Below the pieces are notes generated by a model that worked only from the letters and a program-made list of their open reading frames with translations, made no database searches and was not told the DNA's origin. 64,000 nucleotides of DNA, taken from NCBI GenBank assembly GCA_030141605.1, contig JAQGDQ010000489.1, positions 62,001-126,000 of the forward strand. Direction: 5' to 3'. Position numbers and translations under genes: made by a program. The stretch comes from Tubiluchus corallicola (taxonomy: Eukaryota; Animalia; Priapulida). Positions 1 to 11,640 of this stretch are shown piece after piece (within the stretch, counting starts at the first letter, position 1; every line of letters begins with the position of its first letter).

Positions 1-98
1 ATTTACAGTTTTTTTTACAAATATCATTAGGTTCGTTCAACACTTGCATAAATACCACGTTGCAGTTTGAACTTGTTGCTAGCCATTTGAAGATGTTG

Positions 99-1043
99 CA
101 TACCTGTCAACCTGTTATTAGCGTTGCCCTTATATAGGGTCTTGCTAAACCTTATAAGACAGCACGGGACCTTACCGAATCTGAAAATATGTTAATTTGC
201 TGGGAGCCAACAGAAACAGACCAGTCACGAGATCGCATATCAGTCCACACAACAACAAAAAATCATTGGAACATGATTTTATTGTCTTGTTTTCATGGAA
301 AAAAAAACTATTTAGTTATGGTGTGATATTATTTATGTATGCATATCAGATGGAATTTTGTAACAAACACTTAACTTTATATATACATATATATTAAAAA
401 AAAAGACAAAACACATAAAAACGAGAGAGGGTTCAAGTTAATCTCACATTCTTCCTTATATCCTGTTATACTGTCACTGAATTACTTTACTGCAAAACTG
501 GCTTTCCTTGATTATCATCGTTGTTTTCGTTCGTTTGCACGCGAATTCGGCAGCAACTTTGCTGTCAGGAAACATCGCATGCATCAAGTCACTGAAATGG
601 TCCGCAATGGAAGGTGGCAAGTTGTGTTCGGCCACAAACTGACAAAATAAAATTTCTGCAGCTGTGGCATTAGAGCTAACAACAGGTTCCTTCGCTGGTT
701 TGAAATGATCATCCATCGACCGAAAAGTTTTAGTTTTCGCTACACTTTCCTTGTGTCCACGTGTTGAGAAAATGGCGAATGAAATAGCGGAAGTGGTTAA
801 CCGGATGTTAAAAATTATTAGCTGAGTGTGCGCAATGACAACGTTTGAACGGAAGTAAGATCGTCTGCATGAAAGTACCGATCGAAAAGGGAATATTCGA
901 TGCGATTATTTTCGCTGAGCAACATTTTGATTTTGCCGTATATTTTTCTTTTCGCCGTATGGATTTTCTTGTAAGCCGTATTGGGCCAAAAATGCATTTT
1001 TCCCGTACAAAATACGGCCAAACCGTATAAGTTGACAGGTATG
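99..1043 (-). mobile_element. Internally deleted hAT transposon with 6-bp TSD and a transposase fragment
   Basis: TIR CATACCTGTCAAC (99-111) / GTTGACAGGTATG (1031-1043); TSD ATGTTG (93-98, 1044-1049). ORF 716-474 encodes AEILFCQFVAEHNLP...DHF...FPDSKVA..F.CKRTKTT, a hAT transposase N-terminal motif. Confidence 0.82.
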
Positions 1044-1245
1044 ATGTTGGCTGTTTTGTTCACATAATTTCATCATTGGAGAAAAATCTACTGGTATCCC
1101 ATGAAAAATGCTTCATCTGCTGTACAGAAAGCGTCACAAATTTGCTCAAAATGCATAAAAGAAAATCTTGGCATAAAAAATATGATCATTACAATAAACG
1201 ACATATATATGAACGATTTTTATACGAACATTTTGATGAACCAAA

Positions 1246-1621
1246 ATGTTTATTGAGCGACGATTGTTTCGGCTACTGAAGCCATTGTCAAACAATAAAT
1301 GAAGCCAGAATGAAGAATAAAGAAGAAGAAGGAAGAAAAAGAAGAAGGAAGAAGAAGAAGAATAGAGCACATTAAAGATACAAAGGAACAAACTGAAACT
1401 ACAAAACAACAGATTAGAATTTAACTCATCAAAATAAACGATGTTGTTATGGAAAAAATTGCAGAGAAATGTAAAATTTTTTACCCAACACATGAGAACC
1501 AAAAAAAAAGCATCACAGCAGGTAAACAATTAATCTAAGTCTACATAAGCGTTACTTAGACGAAGTAAGTGTTACTTACGAAGAACTACAGAAGTAAACA
1601 TTATAAGAATAAAACACAACT
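1246..1621 (-). mobile_element. Putative Penelope-like element terminal repeat (pLTR) remnant, copy 1
   Basis: Homologous to 25099-25370 from ATGTTTATTGAGCGACG to ATAAGAATAAAACACAACT; carries the hammerhead motif and an internal (GAA)n expansion. Confidence 0.55.
1249..1299 (-). ncRNA. Minimal type-I hammerhead ribozyme-like motif (U3-A8 variant), Penelope-like element type
   Basis: Minus strand: TTTATTGT-TTGACAA-T-GGCT tcagt AGCC-GAAAC aatc GTC^GCTCAATAAA. Stems I, II and a minimal stem III can form. Confidence 0.65.
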
Positions 1622-1849
1622 TTTTATATGAACATTTTTACGAATATATATATCTGCATATATGATTGCATACAGTTTAGCACATAATATTTAACAAGTT
1701 CACAGAAAATGACTTAATAAATGCAAATACGAAGTAAATGGATGTGCAGGCTACACAACAGACCAATCACGCTGTTACAGTGCCAGTTCAACTTCATTTA
1801 GCAAAATAGCTCAATAATTTCTTCATTCAATACTTACTAAATGGCTCAC

Positions 1850-4800
1850 AAAGTCGGCAGGTGGACCCAGGTCGTCCTCCTCCATGGATATGACTTGCAC
1901 CTGTTTTGGAGAAACGCTAAGGAAACCAGTCGATGCTGAACTCGGTATGGCAGCAGCGGAATTTGATTTTGGCGGTGTAAACTGCAATGCAAACGACAAT
2001 TGATGCTGCAATTATCACGTCAAAAATTGCAGTCAATGAAACAAGAGACGAGAGAGAGATGCAAAAACAAGGATATGTCTCACATTAAATACTATCACTC
2101 TACTAACAAAAATGCAAATACATACAAAACTATGAATTAAGCTGTAGCAGACTTAGCTTTCTTTTTGTTAATCTTACTTATCGTGCATGAGGCGCCATCT
2201 GTGACATGAATGTAAAGCTTTTGGTTTTGTCCAGCTTTTCAGTTTGTTACCTGCTAGTCACCTGTCTGTGATTACACACCTGTGCTCTGAACAGTCAGGT
2301 TAATCCACTTTATGGGATATGTTGGACATTTATGTTATGTTGGACATACTGTTTATGTTAATAAAGCATTCAGTGGTATTAACCTCTGTGGACAGTGTTT
2401 TCTGTGACTACAAAGCTAACTAGAAAAGCTTTTAAAGAATTCATTGTTAGAAATGTAATTTAATTAGATGATAATTCCCCATACTGATTCATCGCTTCCG
2501 TCTTCCATGTGTTCGTCATAATCTGGGGGAGGAGTGAACATCCTGGGACGTTCGCCCACGCTATCACAACGTCGCCGCACCTCCTATAAAACAAAAGGAC
2601 TTTTAAATACGTAAACAATGTAGAAGCCAAGCACGAGTTATTACAGAACCTCGTTCCGAAATTGGAGACAAGCGGAATGTTACCGTTATTATTTTGGAAA
2701 ATTTCCACACAACCGACTGCAAGTGTTTTCCTTTTTAAATAAAAAGCAACAAGCCTTTAACAGTTTCACTATACACAGGCACTGTTGCTGCAGAAAGAGG
2801 TGCACCACAGCAATGCGTCTTAACTACAACCGTCACATGTGGGTAAAGCAAAGCCATCTGCTACATTAATTTAGTAACGTCAGTTGTTTTACATGGACTT
2901 TACTTCATTATGTATTTGTCTGTGCATTAGAGTGATTTACTAGCAGGATTTTGTTTGGGAACAAGAAAAAATGAACTAGGTAAGGTTCTAGCTTGCTGTT
3001 AAAACTGTTACAATGACAGTAGCTTGAGGTGTTGTCAAGTGTACACAAATACGTTGTTAGTTCACTTAACCTTTGACCTTTTCAGGAGCATCATCAATTG
3101 CTGAAGCTGTGAAAAGGCTTAATGAATTACATGCTGGACTCTGCATTTCAAGATTGATCAACTACGTTCATCGGCTGTAGAAAAGCGGCACACTATCAAC
3201 TTCTGTCAAATGTATAAGAAGTTTTTGCAAAAAAAGTAAATAGTTTTGTGATAATTCCACGCGAACATCAAGCTGCAGAAGTTTGAATTGATTTAAGCAG
3301 TGCACGCTTATCGAAAGCCGTGACGTAATCACAAAAAGTCACGAAGTGCACTAGTTGCACTCCAAGTTCATGTGAATGGCAGCTACTATCGTGCTTGAAA
3401 CTTTCTCTACAGCAGTACTAGGAATTAACTTTACTTTTTATAAACAGTTTTCTTGCAAATATTTTTGTTATGCGTTTCTAAGGTTAAGTGATAACAGTAA
3501 AATAAACCCAATATGCTAAGCGACTTATTCTTTTCTTTAATATGTGCATACTGTTTTATCTGTTACATGTAATTTATACAAAATAAAGGCAAAATGCACT
3601 TACAGGCCATCCTATTCCAGCTGCTAGACCCGAAATATTTTCTATTGATGACTGCGGTCTCATTCTACTTCGATCTCCACCTCCTCGCTTGTGTATCGTA
3701 TTCAGAGCACTCGTGCTGCCAAACTGCCTAGCTGCTCGTGTGATTATCGTTGGTACCTAGAAATATGCATAAAACATACACGGTGCGTTAAATGGCTTAG
3801 CTCAGCAAGGGCGGAACTTTGGCAATCAAAATAATTTTTAGCGTCTGAGTTTCAAAACAAACAAATGAATGAACGAACATAAAGCAAACATGCTCTATTG
3901 GATCATTGGACTTTTTTAGTTAGTTGTCTTGTTATACACGAAGCTATCCTATTTTTAACTTTGAGCTTCTAAGCTATGCCACTTGTTTACTTGCACTCCC
4001 ATTTGTTTACTAGCAATGCCATTTGTTTACTTGCACTGTATTTCGCAGCACAAAACAAATAAAGAGAAGTGAAAAACGTAGAATAGTTTTGTTCAAATAA
4101 AACTTGAAAAATCCAGACATATTTAGCAGATAAATGTAACTACATCAAAATGGAATTTATTGCCGAAAAGTTACGAACAAAACTTAACATTATCAAGGCA
4201 TCTAAAACTAAGAAATTTACCAGAATTTAGAAACAACGTCAAAACATAATTCATTAGTTAATAGACAAAAGACATCTGATATAACATTAACAATTTACCT
4301 TACAGACTACATATCTTGATTGGTATGAAACTATGTAACACTCCACAAACAAACAAACAAACCATTATGTTTGTAGTAACAAAACTGTCAATTTTAGGGA
4401 GCTGACATTTTGTTACCGAATTCCACAAACCACAATTCACTGTTGGTGATTTACAAGCTCAAGTTTACTTCAGCAACGGAGAGTGCACATACTCGTCTTT
4501 CCCGTTTAACCTGCCCCCAACGCATTTCATTTGAAATGCTTCCAGGATTGACAATTGACACCACACAACTTACCGCATGGTCATCGCTGGACGTACGCTT
4601 ATGGTGATGAGAGTCCAGATCAGCTTTTGACATGTACTGAGTCTCCATAGCCTTGATCCGCTTCTTACAGTTGTTCATCTCATCCGCTGTTTTTTCCGAC
4701 GGATTCTTGGCATAATCTTGCCTCAGTTTCTGAAATGATTCACAAAATATCAAATTTTCTAAAACTGAACTTTAGCCTTAGTAACAATCATCGTAAATTC

Positions 4801-7800
4801 ATCCTGAATTTTGAGAGATTGGAAACTAGAGCAGGTACTAGAATTCTGTTAGAAGTAGTTATAATTATGATTTGTAAAGATAGAACAGTTATAATTATGA
4901 TTTGTAAAGATAGAACAGTTATAATTATGATTTGTAAAGATAGAACAGTTATAATTATGATTTGTAAAGATAGAACAGTTATAATTATGATTTGTAAAGA
5001 TAGAACAGTTATAATTATGATTTGTAAAGATAGAACAGTTAAAATTTCATTTAAAATTGGTTATAACAGGAGGTTAAGATGTAATGATCTTCACTGTAAT
5101 GATCTGTGTTATGCTTCTCATTAGTGGTGGGTCGAGCGAATCAGTGATCGGCGAACATACAGTGTGGCGTACAGTTGTGATTGGTGAACATACAGTGTGG
5201 CGTACAGTTGTGATTGGTGAACATACATTGTGGCATACAGTTGTGATTGGTGAACATACATTGTGGCGTACAGTTGTGATCGGTGAACATACAGTGTAGT
5301 GTACAGTTGTGATTGGTGAACATACAGTGTGGCGTACAGTTGTGATTGGTGAACATACATTGTGGCATACAGTTGTGATCGGTGAACATACAGTGTAGTG
5401 TACAGTTGTGATTGGTGAACATACAGTGTGGTGTACAGTTGTGATCGGTGAACATACAGTTGTGATCGGTGAACATACCGTGTGGCGTACAATTGTGATC
5501 GGTGAACATACAGTGTGGCATACAATTGTGATCGGTGAACATACAGTGTGGCATACAATTGTGATCGGTGAACAAACAGTGTGGCGTACAGTTGTGATCG
5601 GTGAACATATAGTGTGGCATACAGTTGTGATTGGTGAACATACAGTGTGGTGTACAGTTTTGATCAAATAACATAGTGTGGTGTACAGTTGTGATCGGTG
5701 AACATACAGTGTGGTGTACAGTTTTGATCAATTAACATAGTGTGGTGTACAGTTGTGATCGGTGAACATACAGTGTGGCGTACAGTTGTGATCGGTGAAC
5801 ATACAGTGTGGCGTACAGTTGTGATCAGCGAACATGGTGTGGCATACAGTTGTGATCGGTGAACGAGTTCTGATTGGCTCATCATTAAATTATTGATTGG
5901 TTCAGTAAACTATTAATAATAATAATTTATTATCTATATAGATGCTTAACAACTAAAAAGTCTAGTATAACTTACAATTACAGATACAGTCATTACAAAA
6001 TTAATCATTCTAAAATAACAAAATTGTACTAACTGTAAATAGTGCTATGAGATTATAAGATCGATTTTAAAAACCATTGTAAAATTGTTGCCAACATTCA
6101 CTACTCTGATGTACAGATAGTGCTGTGATTCACAACGCTGCCTAAACACGCGTGCTTTTTAAAATTTTGTAATGATGGCAATTGACGCATGGCTATTGAG
6201 CTGATCACTCCACAAAAATTTTCCAAATTTATAAGGAAATATGAACAATAAAATATTTAAAACTTGCAGCGAAAGTTTCGAAATGTTTAGCACATTGTAA
6301 TTTACGTATAAAACAGCAACCACATTTTGTCCAACGGTCACTCTCGTGCTCAAAGGGCAGTGGTCAAACGCGCGCAGCAGACTTGAGCATTTCAGTCCGA
6401 CTGCCAAGTTCTATTTCATTCAAGTTGTTTTATTGCGCTACTACTTCACGCCATCGTTACGAATAAATAATGAAGTTTCATCGTTAAAGTTTTGGCGGCA
6501 CTTGTAATACCTTTTGACACGTAAAAAGTAACTGATAAGACAAAATAGTTTAAAAATAACTTTTATGGTAGCAATATCTACGTATTTTGTCCGACTTATG
6601 ATTGATCGGTATCGGTCAACAGCAAAGTTGATTGAATTGTTACCTAAAAATCGGTCCATTACTACTTCTGATAAACGCACTCTCTTTGCACAAGAAAACC
6701 ACGAGCAGCAAAAATGATGCATAAACTTTCTACAATAATTGCAGCAGCAGACATGACACGGTGAATAACTTACCTCAAAATACATTTTTTCATTGTCCAG
6801 CATTAACTTTATGGTAGATATGGTAGAATCAAGTGCCTCCCGCTGCTTCTCCGGCTGTAAATCGTAAAAGAAACTCAATATGAAGAAGTCAGAAGAACGA
6901 ACTTCTAATACAAACCAAAGAACTTTTGAAAAGAAACATAACACTTCGTATCCTGTGGAACTAAATCAGAACTGTATCATAATTAAGTAAGGATGCGCAT
7001 TTCTGAATAGGCCGTTGTTTGGGAACTAAACAAACAGCTTGGAATGATAATCTAAAAACAGAATATTTTAGAACTGAATACTCGTTTCTTTTCAAAACCC
7101 AAGTAAATATGGCAACAAGCAAAACCACTTCTGTGAACTCTCATCTGTGTTACAGTTCCAGGTGGTATCCTCACTAAGGCATGATTTACAAAAAATAAAA
7201 GATGGCAATTTGTTTAGCATCTCATCTAGCAAGATTAATCTTGATATATATATATAAATAAATATATATACCAAGAATATTAATATATAGATAACAAGTG
7301 TCATGCCACCACAATAGAACACAATAAGTAGGCAACTAATGCTTGTGCTCGATACTGGTGGGTAGTTGCAACTTTTTTACCTGTATCTGACATTTACCAT
7401 TGAGATCTTATCGACATTACGTTATTAAAGTTTCGCTGGACACACACAACATGACACGGATCAACGGGACATGACACAATACAGCACAACGAAGGACCAT
7501 AACATAGTACAGCATAGCATAATAGAAAATGAAAGATGAAACAAGATAACGCAGTATGAGACAATACAGACACTTAACATGCAAAAATGATCAAATATTT
7601 ATAAATGCTTAATCACAGCCACTGTAGAATAGCAAAATCATCTATGTGAACGTGTATCAGAGTATTACAGAAATTTAAATTTAAATTTAAAATCTTAAAC
7701 TTCAAAAATAAAAAAAATTAAATGTCAAATATTCAAAGCATATACTTTTCAATTTCACTGCAGCTGTGATTAACACTTATATAAACTTATACTTTACTTA

Positions 7801-10800
7801 TATAAACAGTACAAATATGCAAACTCGTAGTCATCTAAATAAACTGCTCACATCAGCAGGCAACGGAGACGTCACTTTATCACTACAAGTACTCGATTGT
7901 CGAATAGGCACTCCTTTGTCATAATGAGATGCAGGTCGCTGTTTGCCATGCTTGTAATGAGGATGAGGGGGTGGTCCAAGCGGTCGGGCACCTAGTGGGT
8001 TTCCCTGGAGTGTCAAAGCCACATGATTACCAGCAGCTGTAAAGTATTAAGCCAAAAAGAATAATGAACAATAATTCTTAACTGCTACAGTGAAAAACAT
8101 GCTATATGATTACTAATTAAAAATTTGATTACAGCCAGTTTTAATAATTAGAAATAGCTGAATGCAAAATGTATGATAAACGTATCAATTACTTAGCAAC
8201 TCGTACATAGCAGATAAATTTGCTCTTAGGAAACAGTAATGACGTATTGAAATCAGTAACTTTATTTTCCAATTCATAGAAATGAGTCGTTTAATATACA
8301 CGCTATTTGTATTATCAGACACTGCAAATTTCGTAAAGATAATTTTTTAAATCGAATATATTTTTTTCAACAAACAAAACTGGCCAAAACCGGTTCGAAG
8401 AGGGGAGAAAAGATGGTATTTTATCGTCGCATTTCAACGTCTTGTTGTATTTAAAATGATAATCCAGAAGATATCAGAACAACTTGCTCATCAGAAATGT
8501 TTCTTAAACAAAAAACCCCAGCAAAAGAAATTACAGAGATTTACACGTAGTTGTCTTGCAATGACGACTGTTTGACTTTATGACCCGCACACAACTTAAT
8601 TTATTAATTATACAAAACTGGCAATAACTCATGTTTCCTGCTATTTTTGTAAACAATGTAACTTTAAATCGCTCTGTGTTTTGATAAATTCACCTCTAGG
8701 CGCCGCCATACTTGATACGCGTACGTGTCGTGTCGTACCACTTTAAAGGAAGACCGGACGATTGTTTTTACTGATTTTAATTTACTGTCCAAAATATATA
8801 TTTTCTTGTCTACAAAAGTTAGCAATTGTTCCTTAAATTTGAATTATTAGCTTAAAAAGTTAATTAACGGCAACAGAACACAGCTATTGCTTACATCAGG
8901 AAGTAACCACAGTTTGTGCAATAGCAGGCATCTTCCCTTGCACGTCAAGCGTGTTAGCGTAAGTTTTACAGTACTGTTTAAACGCATGATGTCACGAAAA
9001 TGGGCTCTAAGTCACATGACATCAGAAACCTACACAGCAGTTCATGATCACGGTTATCACTGTGCCGCCTTCTATGTGACAAAAAGGTGCCAATCTTAGT
9101 AGATTCACTGAGCCGCGCGTAGGTTTGAAAGTTTAATGAAATTTGAGTATCTGAGGTAATTATTATTTAATCTAACCTTTGATTAAAAACCGAGGTAATT
9201 ATTATTTAATCTAGGCTTTGATTAAAAAAGCCATTGTAGTTTTCAATATTTTAGACCATTCTTTGTTCTGCACCAATGTTGGGACAATTGTCCGGTTTTC
9301 TTCTAACGTAATGGTTCAACTTGTGTCCGATTCGTCTTACAACTATTCGGCTAACACCGATTGTGACCTAATGTCGACGACAACCCGTATAAGCTTAGAA
9401 ACAAATACTAAGCTTTGGCTCTACAACGCCTACAGGCAATTAAGGCAATTTCTCGTGTGAATTATGGATCTAATTAGTCTGACGTTAATTAACGAATTTA
9501 ATTATAATTTGCAGTTTCAGCTGTAATAAAGTGCACGGACTTTAAAATTAGTTTAGCTTTAAAACATAAAACAGCAGCCAGGAGGAATATGAAAATTTGA
9601 AAGAAAATCTCTCAAATGTTTTGCAGCAAGAGGTGATGCGCTTCATACTGACCTTTGACCAGTCGCACTACTTCCAAATGATTGGAGTTCGTCACCAATG
9701 TTCCATTAACCTGAAAAAGGGGCGAATTAAAGTTCATCAATATCCAATTCTCAACGTTACTAATCACAAGATACAGGTTTTAAAGCCAAATGTATTAATT
9801 TTTGCATATAGTAAGTTCTTGTTTATGTTAATGTTTATGTTCTCGTTAATGTGTTCCAGCAGAATGCAGCATTAAAAGCGAAAATGTCGTTAAACAAAGT
9901 CAAGACTTTCATAGAAAATAATGCAAAACAACTGAGATAATCCAGAGACGAAAATTAAAGCTGCTTAAATCATCTAAATTAAATGTTTTATGAGTTTTGT
10001 TCACCATTCTACTGATTAATGTCTTTCTGCTAGCTTGAAAACATCTATCTTTCTTATTAGTACTAGGTAGCAGTTTCACTTTTGTTAACGTTGAAGGCTA
10101 GGCAGCCGTAAAAACAATCACAAAGTCATTGCCTTGCAAAGTCATTGCCAAGCCCTGGAAGACCTTGAGACAATTTCATCTTGGTACTTAGTTCTTGAGC
10201 AGCAGGCTGCAGGCAAAATTCCTTCCATAAAGTTTGCACCGTGGTGCCTTTAACTCAGAGACAAGCCCTGGAAGACCTTCGAGACAATTTCACCTTGGTA
10301 CTTAGTTCTCGAGCTACAGCAACAGGCTGCAGACAAAACTCCTTCCATAAAGTTTGCACCATGGTGCATTTAAATCAAAGACAAGCCCTGGAAGACCTCG
10401 GGACAATTCCACCTTGGTACTTAGTTCTCGAGCTACAGCAACAGGTTGCAGGCTAAGTTCCTTCCATAAAGTTTGCACCATGGTGCATTTAAATCAAAGA
10501 CAAACCCTGGAAGACCTCGGGACAATTTCACCTTGGTACTTAGTTCTCGAGCTACAGCAACAGGTTGCAGGCAAAGTTCCTTCCATAAAGTTTGCACCAT
10601 GGTGCATTTAAATCAGAGACATAAAAATTGCAAATAGATCTCACTTGATGCAAACAGTTAATATTTAATAGTCGGGAAGCAAAAACATTTTAATAATTGT
10701 ACTGTTTTAATTACTAGTGAATTTTTAGAACAGAATAACGCAACATGCGCTGTTTCAGTGTTTCAAATTAGACAAAAATGTTGTTGATAAAATAAAAATA

Positions 10801-11552
10801 GGCTTTTGGCAAAGTAAAAAAAGGAAACGTATGTCTTTTAAGTGAAAAAAAGGTGTCAAATGTTCAGCATCGTTAAAACGAACCATTGCTAATTAGGGAG
10901 TCGTTAAGCGAGGACTTACTGCACTTAACTTATTGATCAATCTATTTACTTGTGCAATTTGTGTAACTGTACAGTTATTATGAGTGCCATCTTGAGATGA
11001 GCGATGTATCCAATTGTTCAGAACTGCAAACACCTGCTACCTATCATTCACTACACGGCAGTGATAATAACATAACAGTTTGCTAATCGTTAAATTCAGA
11101 GTAAGGTCTACCTTGATGATACGATCCCCGGTCTGGACACCCGCTTTAGCTGCAGCTCCACCTGTGGAAGAAAATAAAATTTACATAACGTAGTCAAACA
11201 AAAAGTATTGCTGCAATATTTCAGCACTCGTGTGCAACAGTTGCTCTCCTCAGCATCAGAACTACAGTAAGATTAAAACTAAGCTTCGATATTACAAATT
11301 TCAGTCTGAGCTTCATGTATTATGCGAGTGCCCTCTAGCGGCAACTGTTCCGATAGAGTACACATCCATTAATTTTGATAGTTTGCAATCAATTTTTAAC
11401 TACAATAATGCTAATTCTAGCATTGACGCTGTATTACAATTCTACGTATATTACTCTATATGTACATATCATCATCATTTATCCCAGTTACATATATACA
11501 TGCATGCATACATGCATGCATACATACATGCATACATACATGCATATATACA

Positions 11553-11640
<88 letters not shown>

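Noticed and set aside
4735-5885. Long repetitive ORFs (VIIMICKDRT, HTVCSPITTV, etc.)
   Set aside because: Translations of 30- and 33-bp minisatellites open in several frames inside an ARHGEF intron; no splice or domain support.
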